The notes below the pieces were generated by a model. That model was given only the letters and a program-made list of their open reading frames with translations. It was not told where the DNA came from and did no database searches. A DNA stretch of 59,700 nucleotides, the filler included, from Sphacelaria rigidula (Eukaryota): assembly GCA_964200075.2 (NCBI GenBank). It is 10 parts of 10 records of this genome, joined end to end, with 100 filler letters (N's around TTAATTAATTAA, not from the genome) between each part and the next. Parts side by side here need not be neighbours in the genome. Positions count along the whole stretch, not along the records: positions 41,861 to 47,740 come from CAXNAA020023775.1; positions 47,841 to 53,720 come from CAXNAA020023776.1; positions 53,821 to 59,700 come from CAXNAA020023777.1; 7 more parts are not named here. One strand, 5' to 3'. This document shows positions 46,591 to 59,700 of the stretch, piece after piece. Made by a program: the position numbers and the translations under genes. Position 1 is the first letter of the stretch. Every line of letters begins with the position of its first letter.

Positions 46591-47690
46591 CAAAGGATTA
46601 GCTAAGCGCTCACATCCAGTCTCGGAATCCTGAACTACAAGGAAACGGAAGCGGATGTGACTGTTTAACAGACTGTTTGAGCGTCCTAGCAAAACGCTCA
46701 AAGGTTGAGCAGTAACCTGAGATCAAAATTCGGAGATTAATGAGACTCAAAAGCTACAGTCAAACAGCTGACCTAAGTTATCGTGCTGACGAAACAACAC
46801 AAGGTAGACACCTCGATATATACCGTCATGACAACGGGTTAGCAAAGCGCTCACATCCAGAGTCGAAAAAAACAAAACGGGTAACGGAAACGGATGTGAC
46901 TGCTCAACAGACTGTTCAAGCGTCCTAGCAACACGCTCAAGGGTTGAGCAGTAGCCCGGGGTCACAATTCGGAGATCAAGGAGAGACAAGAGAAAAAAAC
47001 GAAAAAAAAAACGCTAGAACATGCAGACATGAACGGAAACATATCTAACATGTCAACGGTGACCGGAGTGCAACTTCGCAAGGAAGATAGCCTCTCAGCA
47101 ATAGGGGTAGTGCTGATCATTTTGACGATGTTTAGACAAAAAAGCACAATGCTCACAGGCCGAATACATCGTATTCACCGCTTTGTTTCTAACACGAAGA
47201 CGCTGTACTATTTCGGTGTCAGTGGAACCGAAGGTATCCCAGAACCCGGACATGAAAAACCCAGGCGTCCGTGGACCGATCAGTGTCCCAGTACCCAGGC
47301 ATGTAGAAACAGCAGATGCATCCAGCACCAAAGTGCAACGCATCTTGTGGATTATCACATGGGACACACGTATATGCCACAAAATCATACGAAGCAAAGA
47401 ACATGTCGATGTTTCACCAAAGAGCACACTGCTCGCAAGATTAACATCAGACCCACCGCTTTGGTACTAACGCGAGGACTTTGTCTTATACTCCGGTGTC
47501 AGTGGAACCGAACGTATCCCAGAACCCGGGCAGAAATACCTCAAGCGCCGGTGGACCGGGTCCGTGTCCCAGTGCCTAGTCAGGTATAGATAACTGATGC
47601 AGCGTGCACCAAAGTGCAAAAAGCATCCCATAAGAAAATGTGGATGCATCTATATGACACAATACAAGAAGCAAAGGTCTGTGACGGTTC
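46590..47690. repeat. Two pairs of direct repeats downstream of the integrase relic (probable 3' UTR/LTR region)
   Basis: ~145-bp repeat at about 46590-46737 and 46830-46977; ~190-bp repeat (cggtgtcagtggaaccgaa.gtatcccagaacccgg) at about 47214-47400 and 47494-47675. Confidence 0.6.
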
Positions 47691-50329
47691 AAGAGACAAC
47701 CAACTAGACTACTGACAGGTCAGCGCTGACTTGTCAGTAGNNNNNNNNNNNNNNNNNNNNNNNNNNNNNNNNNNNNNNNNNNNNTTAATTAATTAANNNN
47801 NNNNNNNNNNNNNNNNNNNNNNNNNNNNNNNNNNNNNNNNGGGGGAAGCACTGTTTTAGGCTTGAGCCTCATCTCGAAGTTAAACCTCAATTCGCACAAT
47901 TTGTTGTTATATTTTGGGTTAGTCGAATTTTCTCGAAAAATCCTTGAACACTAGTCTAAAAAGATCATCGCCTGAGAATATTATCTATTAACGATTTGCG
48001 CACAGTTCATCAGCGATCGACTGGGTTTTTACAGCAGGTACTTTGTGGACGATGGTGTTCAACGTTTGGAGGCATATACACGACGAAATCTTGGTAACCT
48101 TTTGTCGAGGTATCGTGTATCAAACGACAGCTCGTTATCTCAACTAGGTGAATCCTTATCACCGAGTCCCCCAGCTCCATATTTCAGGGTCAAAGACAAA
48201 TACCTGCCACGTTGTCTGACAACGGGAGCCTTGCACTATCGCCACATCCAAAATTGAGGTTAAACAATAATGCAAGATCATGCCATTAGCAGAGTAAGAG
48301 CACCTCGAAGGCAACAGTTGTCGTTATTGGCTGCTTGAGCGACGGATCGCTTTCGGGACAACAGCCTCCAGCTGAACTTCAACGCCGGTACTCTCATTCC
48401 CATTGCTGGGTAGCTCTCTCTGATCGCGAGCACTACCTCCAGTTGCATCATGCCGTGTATTATCAAACCCCAGAGCCCTGACCGACGTTTTGGGTAACCA
48501 AAGCAGTCATATGAATTCGCTTTCCGTTGTTCCAACTTGAGTCCATTTGAGGGGTTTCGTGCCAAAGTGGTCAAGCATGTATCCTTTTTTATATACTCCT
48601 TCTATAAGGTATGAGCTAATCTGTAAACAACTTCTCATTGTCGCCGATCCTTCCTGTTCTTTATCATTAACTTCCACACATTTCCGGTGTCTTCGACTCG
48701 AGGCCATCTCTTGTGCAATCCACATTAAACTTAGCGTCCCTACGCCGAAACTAAGCACCGCACTCCCTTCACTTACTGCGACTTGAGTTTAGAGGCCTGA
48801 ACAACTTGCGCAGCAAAACATTCTAGGCTTCGAGCTTCCCTCCCCTCTCCCTCCTTTCTAATAGATATGTAGCTGTAGTTCACCTTTTCGAAGGTTTTTA
48901 CTTCACCGTTATACTCCTTGACTTCAATGAGAAATGTTTTCAGAGTATCGCGTGCGGGCTACGCGCCCTTAGATCTAGGTAATGTGCCTGACGTTGTACC
49001 TTAAGGCTGTATGGAATCCCTTTTGGCATTTGTTAACCATTAACGTAATCGTTGGCTGTTGTCCCCAAGTTCTACCCGGCGATGGATGTCCTGGAGCTCG
49101 GTTGATGCGGTCAAGATCATGTCTGTACCCAAACGGCACACACGGACACCCATACGACGTACCATAACTCCTCTTTATCGGGAAGTGTAGGACAACGGGG
49201 AAAGATCAACCCAACCTGACTCTAGGATAGGCATATACCTAACCAGAGGAGACTATACAGAAGTCAGACGTCTCACAGCGGCTGTATGTACTCCACCAGC
49301 CCGTGAACGCTACGCGTATTTCTTTTGTCCCGGTCAATTCTGAGTGTTAGGTTATGGTTTCATAGCGTGCGCGTGACACCTAGTGATTTTTGTTCAGTTG
49401 TCGTGCTTCGTAGCTTGCTGTTAACCTCACTTGAAGAAAATCTGGATAAAACCTCCTAGTTTCATGAATCTTTGTCGTGGGTTCATCCTACCAGATGCAG
49501 CGTCCTGCACAAGGACCTGAGGTGCCCGTTTCAGAGGCTGTCCACGAGCCTTCAAAACCGGAAATCCTGCGTATCCTGGCCTCGTACTTTGCTGTGATTT
49601 CCACTATATTCTTGGGCATCCCGCTTATTGCTGTCGATGATTTGGAGCATTAGCAGGCCAGCTGAACGTGATCATGTTCACAATAATCGACGTGCCGATA
49701 TTTTCCCAGCAATGTATGAGGCCCATTGGCGTTTTTGTTAGCTCATCGCGACAAGAAAAAGGCCGTCAAAAACGCCATTGCCCATCTTCACAAATTATAG
49801 AATGCACTCGTATGGAGGCCACGTTTTCCCATTTCTTGAGGCATGTATGGACCCCCCCCTCCACCCCCCAAATCAGGGTAAAATGAGGGTTTCGCTCAGC
49901 GCTGTAAGCTCACAGAGTTGGTAAAATACGTTAAAAAAGTATCTACGCGATCGAGGGGCATTATGTCGACAAACAAGTCGTTGGACACCGTCACTGTGAG
50001 TGAGGGGAAAGCACTGTTCTGGGCTCGGACCTCATTTTTGTGGACAAACGTATCTCATATAACTGTATTAAATATGTTGAACTATCGGCTGGTGCCAGAG
50101 GAGTGATGTTATTGCCGGTTTATAATCAAATGATAGCTTAAGAGTATAATCGGCCTGAGTATCTCTGCATAAGAAGTCCTCTGCTCGTTTCTGTCTCATT
50201 TGAAGAGGGTAGCGACCGCGAATTTCTACCCCACTACTAACAACGAACCGGCAACCGTCCTTACATATCGCTGCGACACCAAACGAGCCCCCGCGCCCCG
50301 CGCCGTTGTACGCTATGTCAAACTACGAC

Positions 50330-53300
50330 AGACGTCATCAACAGACGATTCGACCACGGACCATTCGACCCCGGACGCCTTCAGCACAGATGACTCGACC
50401 ACAGACTACACGATAACAGACGACTTCACCACGGACGACACCACTGTTGACGACTTCACCACGGACCCCTCGACCACAGACTACACAGTGGCAAACGACT
50501 CCACCATGGACTACACGATGGACGACCCCACCACTGATGACTCGACCACTGAGGACTCATCAGGTAACGCGTCAACTACAGGTGACTCGACCACGGACGT
50601 CTCCCCCCCCAAAATAACTCACTCACTGACGACATGTAAACAGATGATGCAAGAACAGACGAATCAACCACAAGCAACTTGATCTCAGACGACTCGACCG
50701 CGAACGACTCCGTCATCGATGACTCGATCGCGGAAACTCGAGCGCAGACGACCTCTTCACTGATTACTCGACAACTGACGACGCGAACGCAGATGACTTG
50801 ACCACAGACGCCTCGACACCTAACGCGTAGGCAACAGATGATCCAACAACAGGCGACTCGATTGTAGATGACTTGATTGCAGCTAACTCGATTATAGCGA
50901 CTCCACCGCAGACGACTCAACAGGTAACGAGTTAACAACACACGACTCGTTCACAAACCACTCGCTCACAGACGACTCACCAACAGAAGACTCAACCACA
51001 GACGACTCGACGACGGACGGTCCGGTCACAGACGACTCAATCACAGATTACTCGATCACAGAGGACTCAACCATCGATGACTCATTCACAGAGGACTCAA
51101 CCATCACTGACTCGTTCACGAATGACTCGACCACCGACCATGCGATAGCAGACGACCCAACCACAGGCGAGACGATCAATAGTCACCGAGGTGACCACCG
51201 ACGACGCGGCCGCAGACGACTTGACAACTGGATAATCGTTCACTGACGATGCGCCTATAGATGACTCGACCACGGATGGCTCGTTTACCGACGACTCTTC
51301 CACAGACGACTTGGCAACCGAAGACTCATCCACGGACGGCTCGACAACCCACGACTCGTCAGCAGACGAATCGACCACGGACGACTTGACCGACGATGAT
51401 TCCATCTCCGACGACTCGTCCACTGACGTTTCGACTACAGACGACTCGTTCCGTGACGATGCGTCCACTGACGTTTCGACTACTGACGAGTCGGCCACTG
51501 GTGACGCAACTACTGACGACTTGTCCACTGACAACTCGATCACCGATGACTTGTTCGCTGACGACTCGATCACGGACAACTCGACCACCGACGATTTGAC
51601 CACTACTGACTCATCCACGGACGACTCGGACGCGAACGATTCGACCACCGGCGGCTCTAACACCGATTACTCGTTCACGAACGCCTCGACCAACGACGGT
51701 TCGTTTACTGGCGAATACACCACAAACGGCCTAGCTACTGACGAGTCGACCACTGACGAGTCGACCAATGATGACTTGTTCACTGGCGACCCGACCACTG
51801 GCGACACAGTCACGGACGACTCCACCGCCGACGACACACGTACCGACGCCTCGTTCACGGACGACCCGACCAGCGACGACTCGTTTACTGACGACTCGTT
51901 TACTGACAACTCGACCACTGACGATTCCACCACCGACGACACCACCACAAGTGAATTGATCCCATACGACCTCACTATATACGATTCCATCACGGACAAG
52001 TTGACAACTGACGATTCGATCACAGGTAATGCAGCGCTTGACGACTTGATGTTGAACAGCGCCACCCCAAACGATCCAGATACGAAAGCCTCACATGCGG
52101 CCATTTGGCTACCTCCAAACTTCCTCCAGGTGGGTAAACTTTTCGAGCCTCGAGAGGAATTGAACGCCTCCGGAGGGGTGCACGGCCCTCCAGGGGAGAT
52201 CGTTTTGGTTCTCTCCAGAGGGGTCGATCGCCTCCGGAGGCTTAGTCTTGCCTCTGGAGGGCCGCGCATACCCCCAAATTCCTCCCGGGAGGTGCGCGGC
52301 CCTCCGGGTCGGTAGAGTTTGGTCTCCTCTAAGGGATGGAAGGTCTCCAGAGGCTTGTTTCCCCCCTGGGGGGACGCGTATCCCACCGGAGGTATTTTGA
52401 GGTGTAGCCAAATGGCTACGTGTGTTAGTGCACCGACGACCCGACCACCGATGTGATCACGATCGGCTCGACCACACACGATTCAGCAAACACATTCTCG
52501 ATCGTCGACCACTTGACCACAGACGACTTGATCAATGATGCGTCGCTCACGGAGATGATGATAACGAACGATTCGACAGTGATGAGCCAACCGCAGATGT
52601 CTCGGCCGGACACCGCTCAATATATGTGCTGACGAATAGAGAACACATCAGTCTACCACCAACGGTTCGACCACCCTCGCCTCAGCAACACGCGAGCTGA
52701 TCGCCGTCGATTCGGCCACAGACCACAGACACCGGTTTCACAGACGACTCGATTACCGATGAGTCGAGCACGGACACCTCGATCACCGGCAACTCGGCCA
52801 TCGATTCCACCACTGATGACTCGTCCCCGGATGACTTGACCATAGACGACTCACTCACGTACGACGCGCTCATGGAAGACTGGCCCGCAGACGACTCGAC
52901 CTCGGATTAACCGAGGACAGACGACTCTCTCCCTAACGACTCGACCACAGACGACTGGGCCACCGAGGGATTGCGCCCAGGCGAATCTCTTTCCCTCACG
53001 ACTCGACCGCCGATGACTCGACCATCAACGGTCCGATCACAGACTCGTTCATGGACGACTCGACCACCGACGATTCTACTACTGACGACTCGACCACTGA
53101 CGACTCGACCACTGACGACTCGACCACTGACGACTCGACCACTGATGACATCGTTACTGTTACTGACAACTCGATCACTGACGACACAGTCACGGACAAC
53201 TCGACCACTGACGACACGACTGCGGACGAGTCAACCGCCGACGACACGGCTACGGACCAGTCGCTTACGGACGACTCGACCACTGACGATTCTGCCGCTG

Positions 53301-53720
53301 ACGACACTGCCACAGGTGAGCTGATCACACACGATATCACTACATGCGTTGGTATCACAGACCATTCGACGACTGACCAGTCGACAAGAGGTACCTTAGC
53401 GCTTGACGACTCAACGGCAGATAGCCTCACCACGAACGACTCGGCCATGGGAGATCCTTGCACACACGACTTGACCACCGATGTGATCATGATCGGCTCG
53501 ACCACACACGAGTCAGCAAACACATTCTTGATCGTCGACCACTTGACCACAGACGACTTGATTCATGATGCATCGCTCACGGAGATGATGATCACGAACG
53601 ATTCGACAGTGATGAGCCAACCGCAGATGTCTCGGCCGGACACCGCTCAATATATGTGCTGACGAATAGAGAACACATCAGTCTACCACCAACGGTTCGA
53701 CCACCCTCGCCTCAGCAACA
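50330..53720 (+). repeat. Degenerate 15-bp tandem array (GACGACTCGACCACT; DDSTT in frame) with higher-order duplication
   Basis: Near-perfect core at about 53055-53147; long open frames 51311-52315 and 53051-53662 but stops and frameshifts at about 50680-51240 and 52630-53050; 52445-52690 is nearly identical to 53474-53719. Confidence 0.85.
52092..52424. mobile_element. CAC..GTG MITE inserted in the DDSTT array
   Basis: cacatgcggccatttggctacctcc..gaggtgtagccaaatggctacgtgtg; internal cctccggagg repeats; flanks CT/TT (TSD imperfect). Confidence 0.75.
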
Positions 53721-53947
53721 NNNNNNNNNNNNNNNNNNNNNNNNNNNNNNNNNNNNNNNNNNNNTTAATTAATTAANNNNNNNNNNNNNNNNNNNNNNNN
53801 NNNNNNNNNNNNNNNNNNNNATCTCAGAAACACTGCGCAGGGTACGTAAACCCTGTAGACCCCCTCCACAGGGTGCTATCTGTCCACGGGTGTTTGTTGC
53901 AAGCGTAAAGTTCTCTTCGAACGGCATGGGCCTTGCGCCGCAGATAA

Positions 53948-54384
53948 CACGGGATCTTACAAATTGGGGGTTGATCTTTTATTGGGGATGAGAAACCCGG
54001 AGAATTAAAATCTTCGTACCCACACCAAATCGATACATGGCTCCATTTCTCCACCTACTGATAGCTATTGACAACTGTTACACGCCATAGAAATTTAGAT
54101 TTCGATCACCGAAATATTGGGGTCATATGTGAAAAAAAACAGTTTTGGGGAAGTTCGGATGTCCGAACGGACATCAAAATGGTTCCGAAATTGGTTTTCA
54201 CCTGGGACCCCAACATTTCGGTGATCGAAATTCAAATTTGTACCGCGTATAGCAGTTGTCAAAAGCTATCAGAAGGTGAAGAAATGGAAGCATATCTCGA
54301 TTTGGTGTGGATACGAAGATGTTAATTCTCCGGGTTTCTCATCCCCAATAAAATATCCATCCCCAACTTGAAAGATCGCGCGTG
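53948..54384. mobile_element. Full-length fold-back MITE, CAC..GTG ends, 2-bp TSD AA
   Basis: aa|cacgggatcttacaaattgggg..ccccaacttgaaagatcgcgcgtg|aa; arms of about 200 bp; homologous to 12948-13301. Confidence 0.85.
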
Positions 54385-57358
54385 AAATACAGTACAGTGC
54401 AGCACGCCTTTCCGAATGCAGCAGCAGCTGCCGCTGCACACTCCCTCACATATTCTGGGGAGTTCTCCGCGACAGAGATCTGCTGCCGATACACAGCTTA
54501 TTGCTCATTACCGTCGATGAAATACAACCTCACCGCCGCTTGGTTCGACAGAGGAATACGCAGAACTCATGCCTCTAGCTCCGTCTGTCGTCCAACAGCG
54601 TCGCTACATTCCCACGCGGCCATTCGGCTCCCCCCTCGAAATCCTCTACCCCAATTTTCATCCTCTCGAGGGTAAAGCGACCCTCCGGAGGATAAAAGTA
54701 CCCTCTAGTAGGTATTTCATACTCGGTTCCGGTCAAAAACGAATCCTCTGGAGGGCATCTGATGCTCCAGTGACTTCTGAGGTCTGAATCCCTCCAGAGT
54801 ATCAAAAATATGATGCTCAGGAGCACGTCGTTTCCGTGAACGTCTCTCAGAGGGAAAAATGAACAGCAGAGGGAAATAGGAGCATCATTCCTCTGGAGGA
54901 GGGACCTACTATGATCTCTAAGGCATTTTGTTGCGACTCCGGAGGACATAGCCGTGCAGTATCCTCCAGCATGTACATTTACACTTGTGCACTTGTGTCC
55001 TAACTGCTTCAAGGGCACCTTTGGGACCCCAGCATTCTTATGGTGTGGACCAGCACGCTAGATATATCTCTATCACTCGCCGTTCACAGATTGAATTGCA
55101 AACCCGACAATACTTATTCCCAGCTATAATACCGCCACAATAACCCCGCAGCAAAAAGCACGAATCGGGCACAGGGATATAGATACACACTGCAGTAGTT
55201 GGGGGTATGATGTATGTCTTGTTGGTGGAAGTTTAAACTTGAGCATCTTCTTCCACAGTCGCGGAGTCGCGCGGTGCCGGAACCATGCGGGGTAGGGTGG
55301 GGGTAACGGCCGGTGGCTGGTTGCATACACACCCACAGGCCCACGGGGGTCGGCCGCCCCCCCAAGCAATAGGGGGATACCCTAAAGGAGAATTTACGTG
55401 CGCTAGGGGCTGTGCCGCACAAAGGAGCCCGATGAAAGTGGTTCGTCTACTATGTAGAGGTTAACGGTGCATACGACTGGGTCACTGCGGCGAAGGACCT
55501 GGGCAAATGGCATATTGGAGTCGAAAAGGGAGCGGAAGAGTTTGAGGACACGTGGCGACCCGCAGACAAGCGAGAATCAGACCACCGCCACAAGCGAGAG
55601 GCTGCTACGTCGAGGGCTGGCAATGGGAAAATCCTGTCCGCTCATATCGGCTGTTGATTATGTCCTTTGTCGGTGGCTCTGCGGTACCCACTGGTGTGTG
55701 TCTGTATCTACTCTGCTCCCCTGAATCCTTTGGGCCTTTTCCTTCTTTTGTTTTGTCCCCCATCATTTTATTGTATTTTACTTCATTTGCTTTGTACGTT
55801 CCTCTTCTATTCCTTTTTCTCGTTTTAGGTTGACCATTTCTTTCTGTGCTTCGCTTGTGTTGACTTTTTTATTCCTTTTTTTGTCACGACTTGGTCTGCC
55901 ATGTCGTTCTGTCCCTCTTTTTCTTTCTGTGCCTTCTTTTTTCTCAGAGAGTGTTTCAGTTTCGTTTCTCTTGGGTACGTCTATCATGAGACGACGGCTG
56001 GATCCCTGGGGGGTCAGTTCAAGTGCGACAATCAATCAAATCAAAATCCATGGGCAGTATAATAGTGTAGGCAGACAAACCTGTGCACACTGTTCAAGTC
56101 CCTTCCACGTCGCACTGTAAGCAGAAAGCATACATAAAGTCCTGCGCTGTCTGTACTGTACTTTGCCCACTTCCCCTTTACGTCTTGCTGACTGCAGCGG
56201 TGAGCATGGTGCAAGAACGGGCGTCCTGATGTATACTCAGTAGCTGACGGTATATAACACCCCATGCACCCAGAGTTACAGGCATCCACTTGTTTAGCCA
56301 TACGTGGGGCATACGCCGCGCTAACTCTGCAGTATGTTGCACCACACGTATATAAGCACGATATGGTACTGTCCTGCACGGTATTGTACAGTTCAGTATA
56401 GCACCAAACCGTGCATATTGCTGTGATGGTCATATCGTCATTAACGTACAGAATAAACCGCGATCATTGTTTTTCGCGTGTTCATTCGAAAAAACGCTTC
56501 ACTTTGGTATTCATATGGTAGACTCGGGACGACGGAGTTTCCAAACCTGTACATACATCATAGTGGTTCATGCTGAGGTTTGCCTCCACCACTACTACTA
56601 GCCAAACCTATACAGCGCGGCCGTGTAGACATACACTCGCAATCAGTGTAAGGGATTTGTAACCAGCCGAGGTTGTTGAAGACTTCGATCCCCTTGCCCA
56701 ATCGATATATGAATTGGAGTGCAAGAGGATGAGTTTTGAACAATTTCTGCTGTCTCTCGATTCTCATCCACTGATGCGGTGCAGTATGTGGTACTTGAAC
56801 AGCAGAAGCTGCTTGCGAATAAGTTCTCTGTTTTGCCCATTTTCAGGTATTGGCGGGCAACATGAGGATTTATTTCGAACAGCTTTTGGTGTATATGGGA
56901 TTTGTACAGCCTCTGCTGTTCGATATAAATAATCTTTGACCGTCGCCAATAATTTGGAATTAAGATTTATTTCGAAAAGCAGAGGCTGTAAGAATTCCAG
57001 ATTTCCGTAGCATTCGTGCCTCAAAAAACAATCCAGGGAATTTCATATCGGCACAGACCTTCGAGGGCCCCAACATTGAAAACCCTCTAGAGGATTACGA
57101 ATACCCCAGACCCTCTAGGGGGGATTTTGAAACGGACGGAACCGAGTATGACGTTTGGAAATTCCTCTGCAAGGTGGCCACGCGGCCGCGTGTGTTCTGT
57201 CACCTTGTAAACATGACCACATATATAGTAGGGTACATGCTTATTCTCTAATTTTTCCCGGATCACGAAGTTTTACTGCTATCAACTAGGATTTACTTTA
57301 GTACGGTGACCCAAAAATAAATCGGGGGCTGGGAGGTCGGGCCTACATATGTTGCAAG

Positions 57359-57957
57359 TAAATGATGAAACAATCGGGAATCCGAGCCCCGATAACTTGG
57401 GGTTACTTTTGCTTCGAAGGCTTTCTTGTGGGCCAGGGAAAGGGTACACCGACTTTGCAGTGACATCCCTCCCGGCGACAGCCCCCCCCCCCACTGGCCG
57501 TTCCGATGTGATCGATATATTTCGCCTCGCCCTGATTGGATACGTCGCTCCCAGACTTGCTCATCATTATTTTACTAATACATGGGCTTCAGTCCCAAAA
57601 GGTTTAAGGCGAGCTTGAAATTTCTGACAAGCTTGCAATGTGCTTGAAACGAGCATAAAGTTGCCAGAAATATTTATGCGCCTCCTCCAGCCACTGCAGC
57701 AGCTGTTTGAAAGTGGCCCCTATGGCCTACGGCGTGACTCGTCACCTGTCGCCAGACAGGCTTCAATACTCCAAAGTGCCGTGGTCGCGGATCTGATCCG
57801 GGAACGTTCAATGATCAAAGAAAAGTCATATTTTTCAAGAAAAGGCAAGATTTCAAACCTCAGAACTGCTCGAATATCGAAATTGTCGCCCTCTCCTCGT
57901 CCTAGAAGGCTCGCCTCGGGAGATGATACTGCCACAACGCCACAACAAGGACCCGAA
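57359..57957 (+). CDS. Possible exons of an unidentified gene (57359-57601 and 57668-57957; perhaps also 56667-56778)
   Basis: AAG|..AAA G|GT and CCAG|AA..GAA|GTAGGT are phase-compatible; DVIDIFRLALIGYVAPRLAHHYF..WASVPK-EIFMRLLQPLQQLFE; no recognised domain. Confidence 0.4.
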
Positions 57958-58629
57958 GTAGGTGCATAAAGTACGCATATTTTCGCTGGAAAAGGCTTAA
58001 AATGGGGGCTTAAAACAAGGTGGCAAAGCATGTAAAAAAAAGAGAAGAAAGGTAACAAAAACAAAATCGCGCATGCGAAGCTAAAGCCTGATACAAATGC
58101 GCACGCAACTGCAGCACGCAGTGAGTGGGGCGTGAAAAGGAAGCGGGAAAAGTACAGTACAGATAGCGCAGGACTATATCCGTTCTCTACCTACACTGCA
58201 ATGTGAAAAGGACTTGAACAACGTGTAGCATTGTAATGATGCATGCGCCCATGCATCAACTATGCGGTGGGTGCATGCTATATACCTCGCGTGGTTCGAT
58301 CCATCGCCGCGCGATGCCGCGCGATCATGAAAGAAGATGCTCGAGTTTCCATGCACCAACAAGAAATACATCACACCCAACTACGGCGGTGTGTATCTAT
58401 ACCCCTGTGCCCAAGTCGTGCTCTTTGCTTCAGTGGGGTTGTACGGTATAGCTGGGAACAATACGTTTCGTTGCATGGCACGGGCTTTTTAAAATCACAA
58501 TCACGTATGGTTCGATTGATCTGTATATCTCGGGTCATGGTCTATACTATAATATACAAGTACAAGAATGTTGCTCGGGTCTCAACGAAGGTCAACCTTC
58601 AGAGGTAAATTTACACCCTGCATGGAGAG

Positions 58630-59086
58630 TATGTTGCTTCCCCAAAGTTCCTAGGAGGCAATCATTTTTAAATTACATGCCCAGCAAAACCATGCTTCCG
58701 TGTATACTACGGTTTTTACTCGATATCGACTAGACACACGAAAGTACGCCCTTTGCCAACAGCAAATCGCAGGTGGTTCAATGTTCAGTTTGTTGTTCCC
58801 TCTACCACAAAAGCACGAGTTCATAACTCACCCCTGGTACATTTTGATTGTTTTTGTCTGCCAGTACCGTGCCCGCGCTGTAAGGTGGAGCATATTATGG
58901 CATGTGCGTTATAACACTGTACAGTATGTTAACAACAATGAATAGTACACGGGGTGACGAGACCCTGTGAGGCGTAGTGTGTGGCGCAAAAAAACACGCT
59001 ACAGCCAAATCCCCGCGAGAAACATTGCACAGTTTCCCCGAACCCTGTAGATGTACCCCACAGGGTGCTGCTATCTGTCCACGTGT
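58630..59086. mobile_element. Right part of the CACACGTGGAC-TIR element family
   Basis: Aligns by eye with about 34345-34812 and ends cagggtgctgctatctgtccacgtgtg. Confidence 0.7.
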
Positions 59087-59700
59087 GCATTATGTATCAT
59101 GTTCGGGGACATATTATTTGGGGGAGGGGGGAGGGGGGGGGGCGTTCTCATGTGCGCGGGGGGGGGGGGGGGGGATGGTTGTTTTCGCTGTTTCGATATC
59201 CCTTACAGTCTACAACTAATCCCCTATTTCCCTCTTTTTGTCACAGTACCAGTGTGTACATGCGGTCAATCGCCCCAGAAATTAATATGATGGTTAATGT
59301 TTCTTTCGTAGAGTTTGGTGATGGAGAACTGCCGTGATTGTGTGCCTGGCTGGAGTTTATCCTTCCGTTTGTGTGCGTATACCCTCTCGCTCCTCGTCTG
59401 AACACGCAAACATTGAGGGAGCGGACCGCGTTGGTCTCCTCCCTTCACGTGCTTGTGGTTCTGAAACGTGTCGGGCTACCTACCTCGGATGTATCTTCGA
59501 TGATTGTGCGTCTCCCGCCTACGTTTCTCACGATGATACTGACAGCCAATCATTCGCTTCGATCGGCTGTCCCATAATCGTCGAGTAGGTGGATCGTGTT
59601 ACTATACGGCTGGACCGTCAACCAGTGGGCTGTGACGAAATATCGCCTACATGATGTGCTATGTAGTGATCAGCAGGATGATGACCGTTGACTGTGTAGT

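Noticed and set aside
48040..49200. Coding-like minus-strand stretch
   Set aside because: Stops in every frame and no identifiable motif; probably a decayed gene or TE that I cannot name.
50330..53720. CRISPR array
   Set aside because: Units are contiguous 15-mers with no unique spacers, no cas genes are present, and the context is eukaryotic.
55424..55445. GAGCC-cgat-GAAA-gt-GGTTC, reminiscent of group II intron domain V
   Set aside because: About 20 nt versus the 30-34 nt expected, no AY bulge on the 3' side, no domain VI, no intron-encoded RT nearby.
55114..58460. Inverted homologous pair (about 55114-55230 and 58347-58460) as TIRs of one large element
   Set aside because: The copies are diverged with no TSD seen; more simply two independent insertions of a dispersed repeat.

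Overview
Eukaryotic, intron-rich, repeat-dense DNA, most likely from a brown alga (Phaeophyceae). The evidence is a mannuronan C-5 epimerase exon, a ROCO gene with a 72-nt LRR exon, and Ectocarpus-type LINE tails. The window is not one locus. It consists of ten 5,880-bp pieces joined by nine identical 100-bp artificial spacers (N44-TTAATTAATTAA-N44), so no linkage can be inferred between pieces. Recognisable genes appear only as isolated GT-AG exons: mannuronan C-5 epimerase (2642-3070), a ROCO LRR-GTPase (12219-12290, 14224-14615), the VPS13 C-terminus (four in-phase exons, 24984-27628), a probable DLEC1/CFAP81-like ciliary protein (three in-phase exons, 30339-32426), and a 2.1-kb low-complexity exon. 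Most of the rest is transposon-derived: Copia, Gypsy and LINE relics, a tRNA-headed SINE (3 copies), and non-autonomous TIR elements whose termini and target-site duplications (TSDs) can be read directly (hAT 8 bp; Stowaway-like TA; piggyBac-like TTAA; CAC..GTG with 2 bp; TGT..ACA Ginger-like carrying telomeric repeats; an unclassified GRCAC family with 4 bp). I found no clearly new multi-gene system. The best candidates for follow-up are: a hAT element with an internal inverted duplication of its transposase C-terminus (possible hairpin silencer); telomere-repeat-bearing Ginger-like MITEs that receive nested insertions; the 4-bp-TSD MITE family; a 110-bp intronic hairpin; and a ~3.4-kb 15-bp 'DDSTT' repeat array. 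All identifications are by eye, with no database search.
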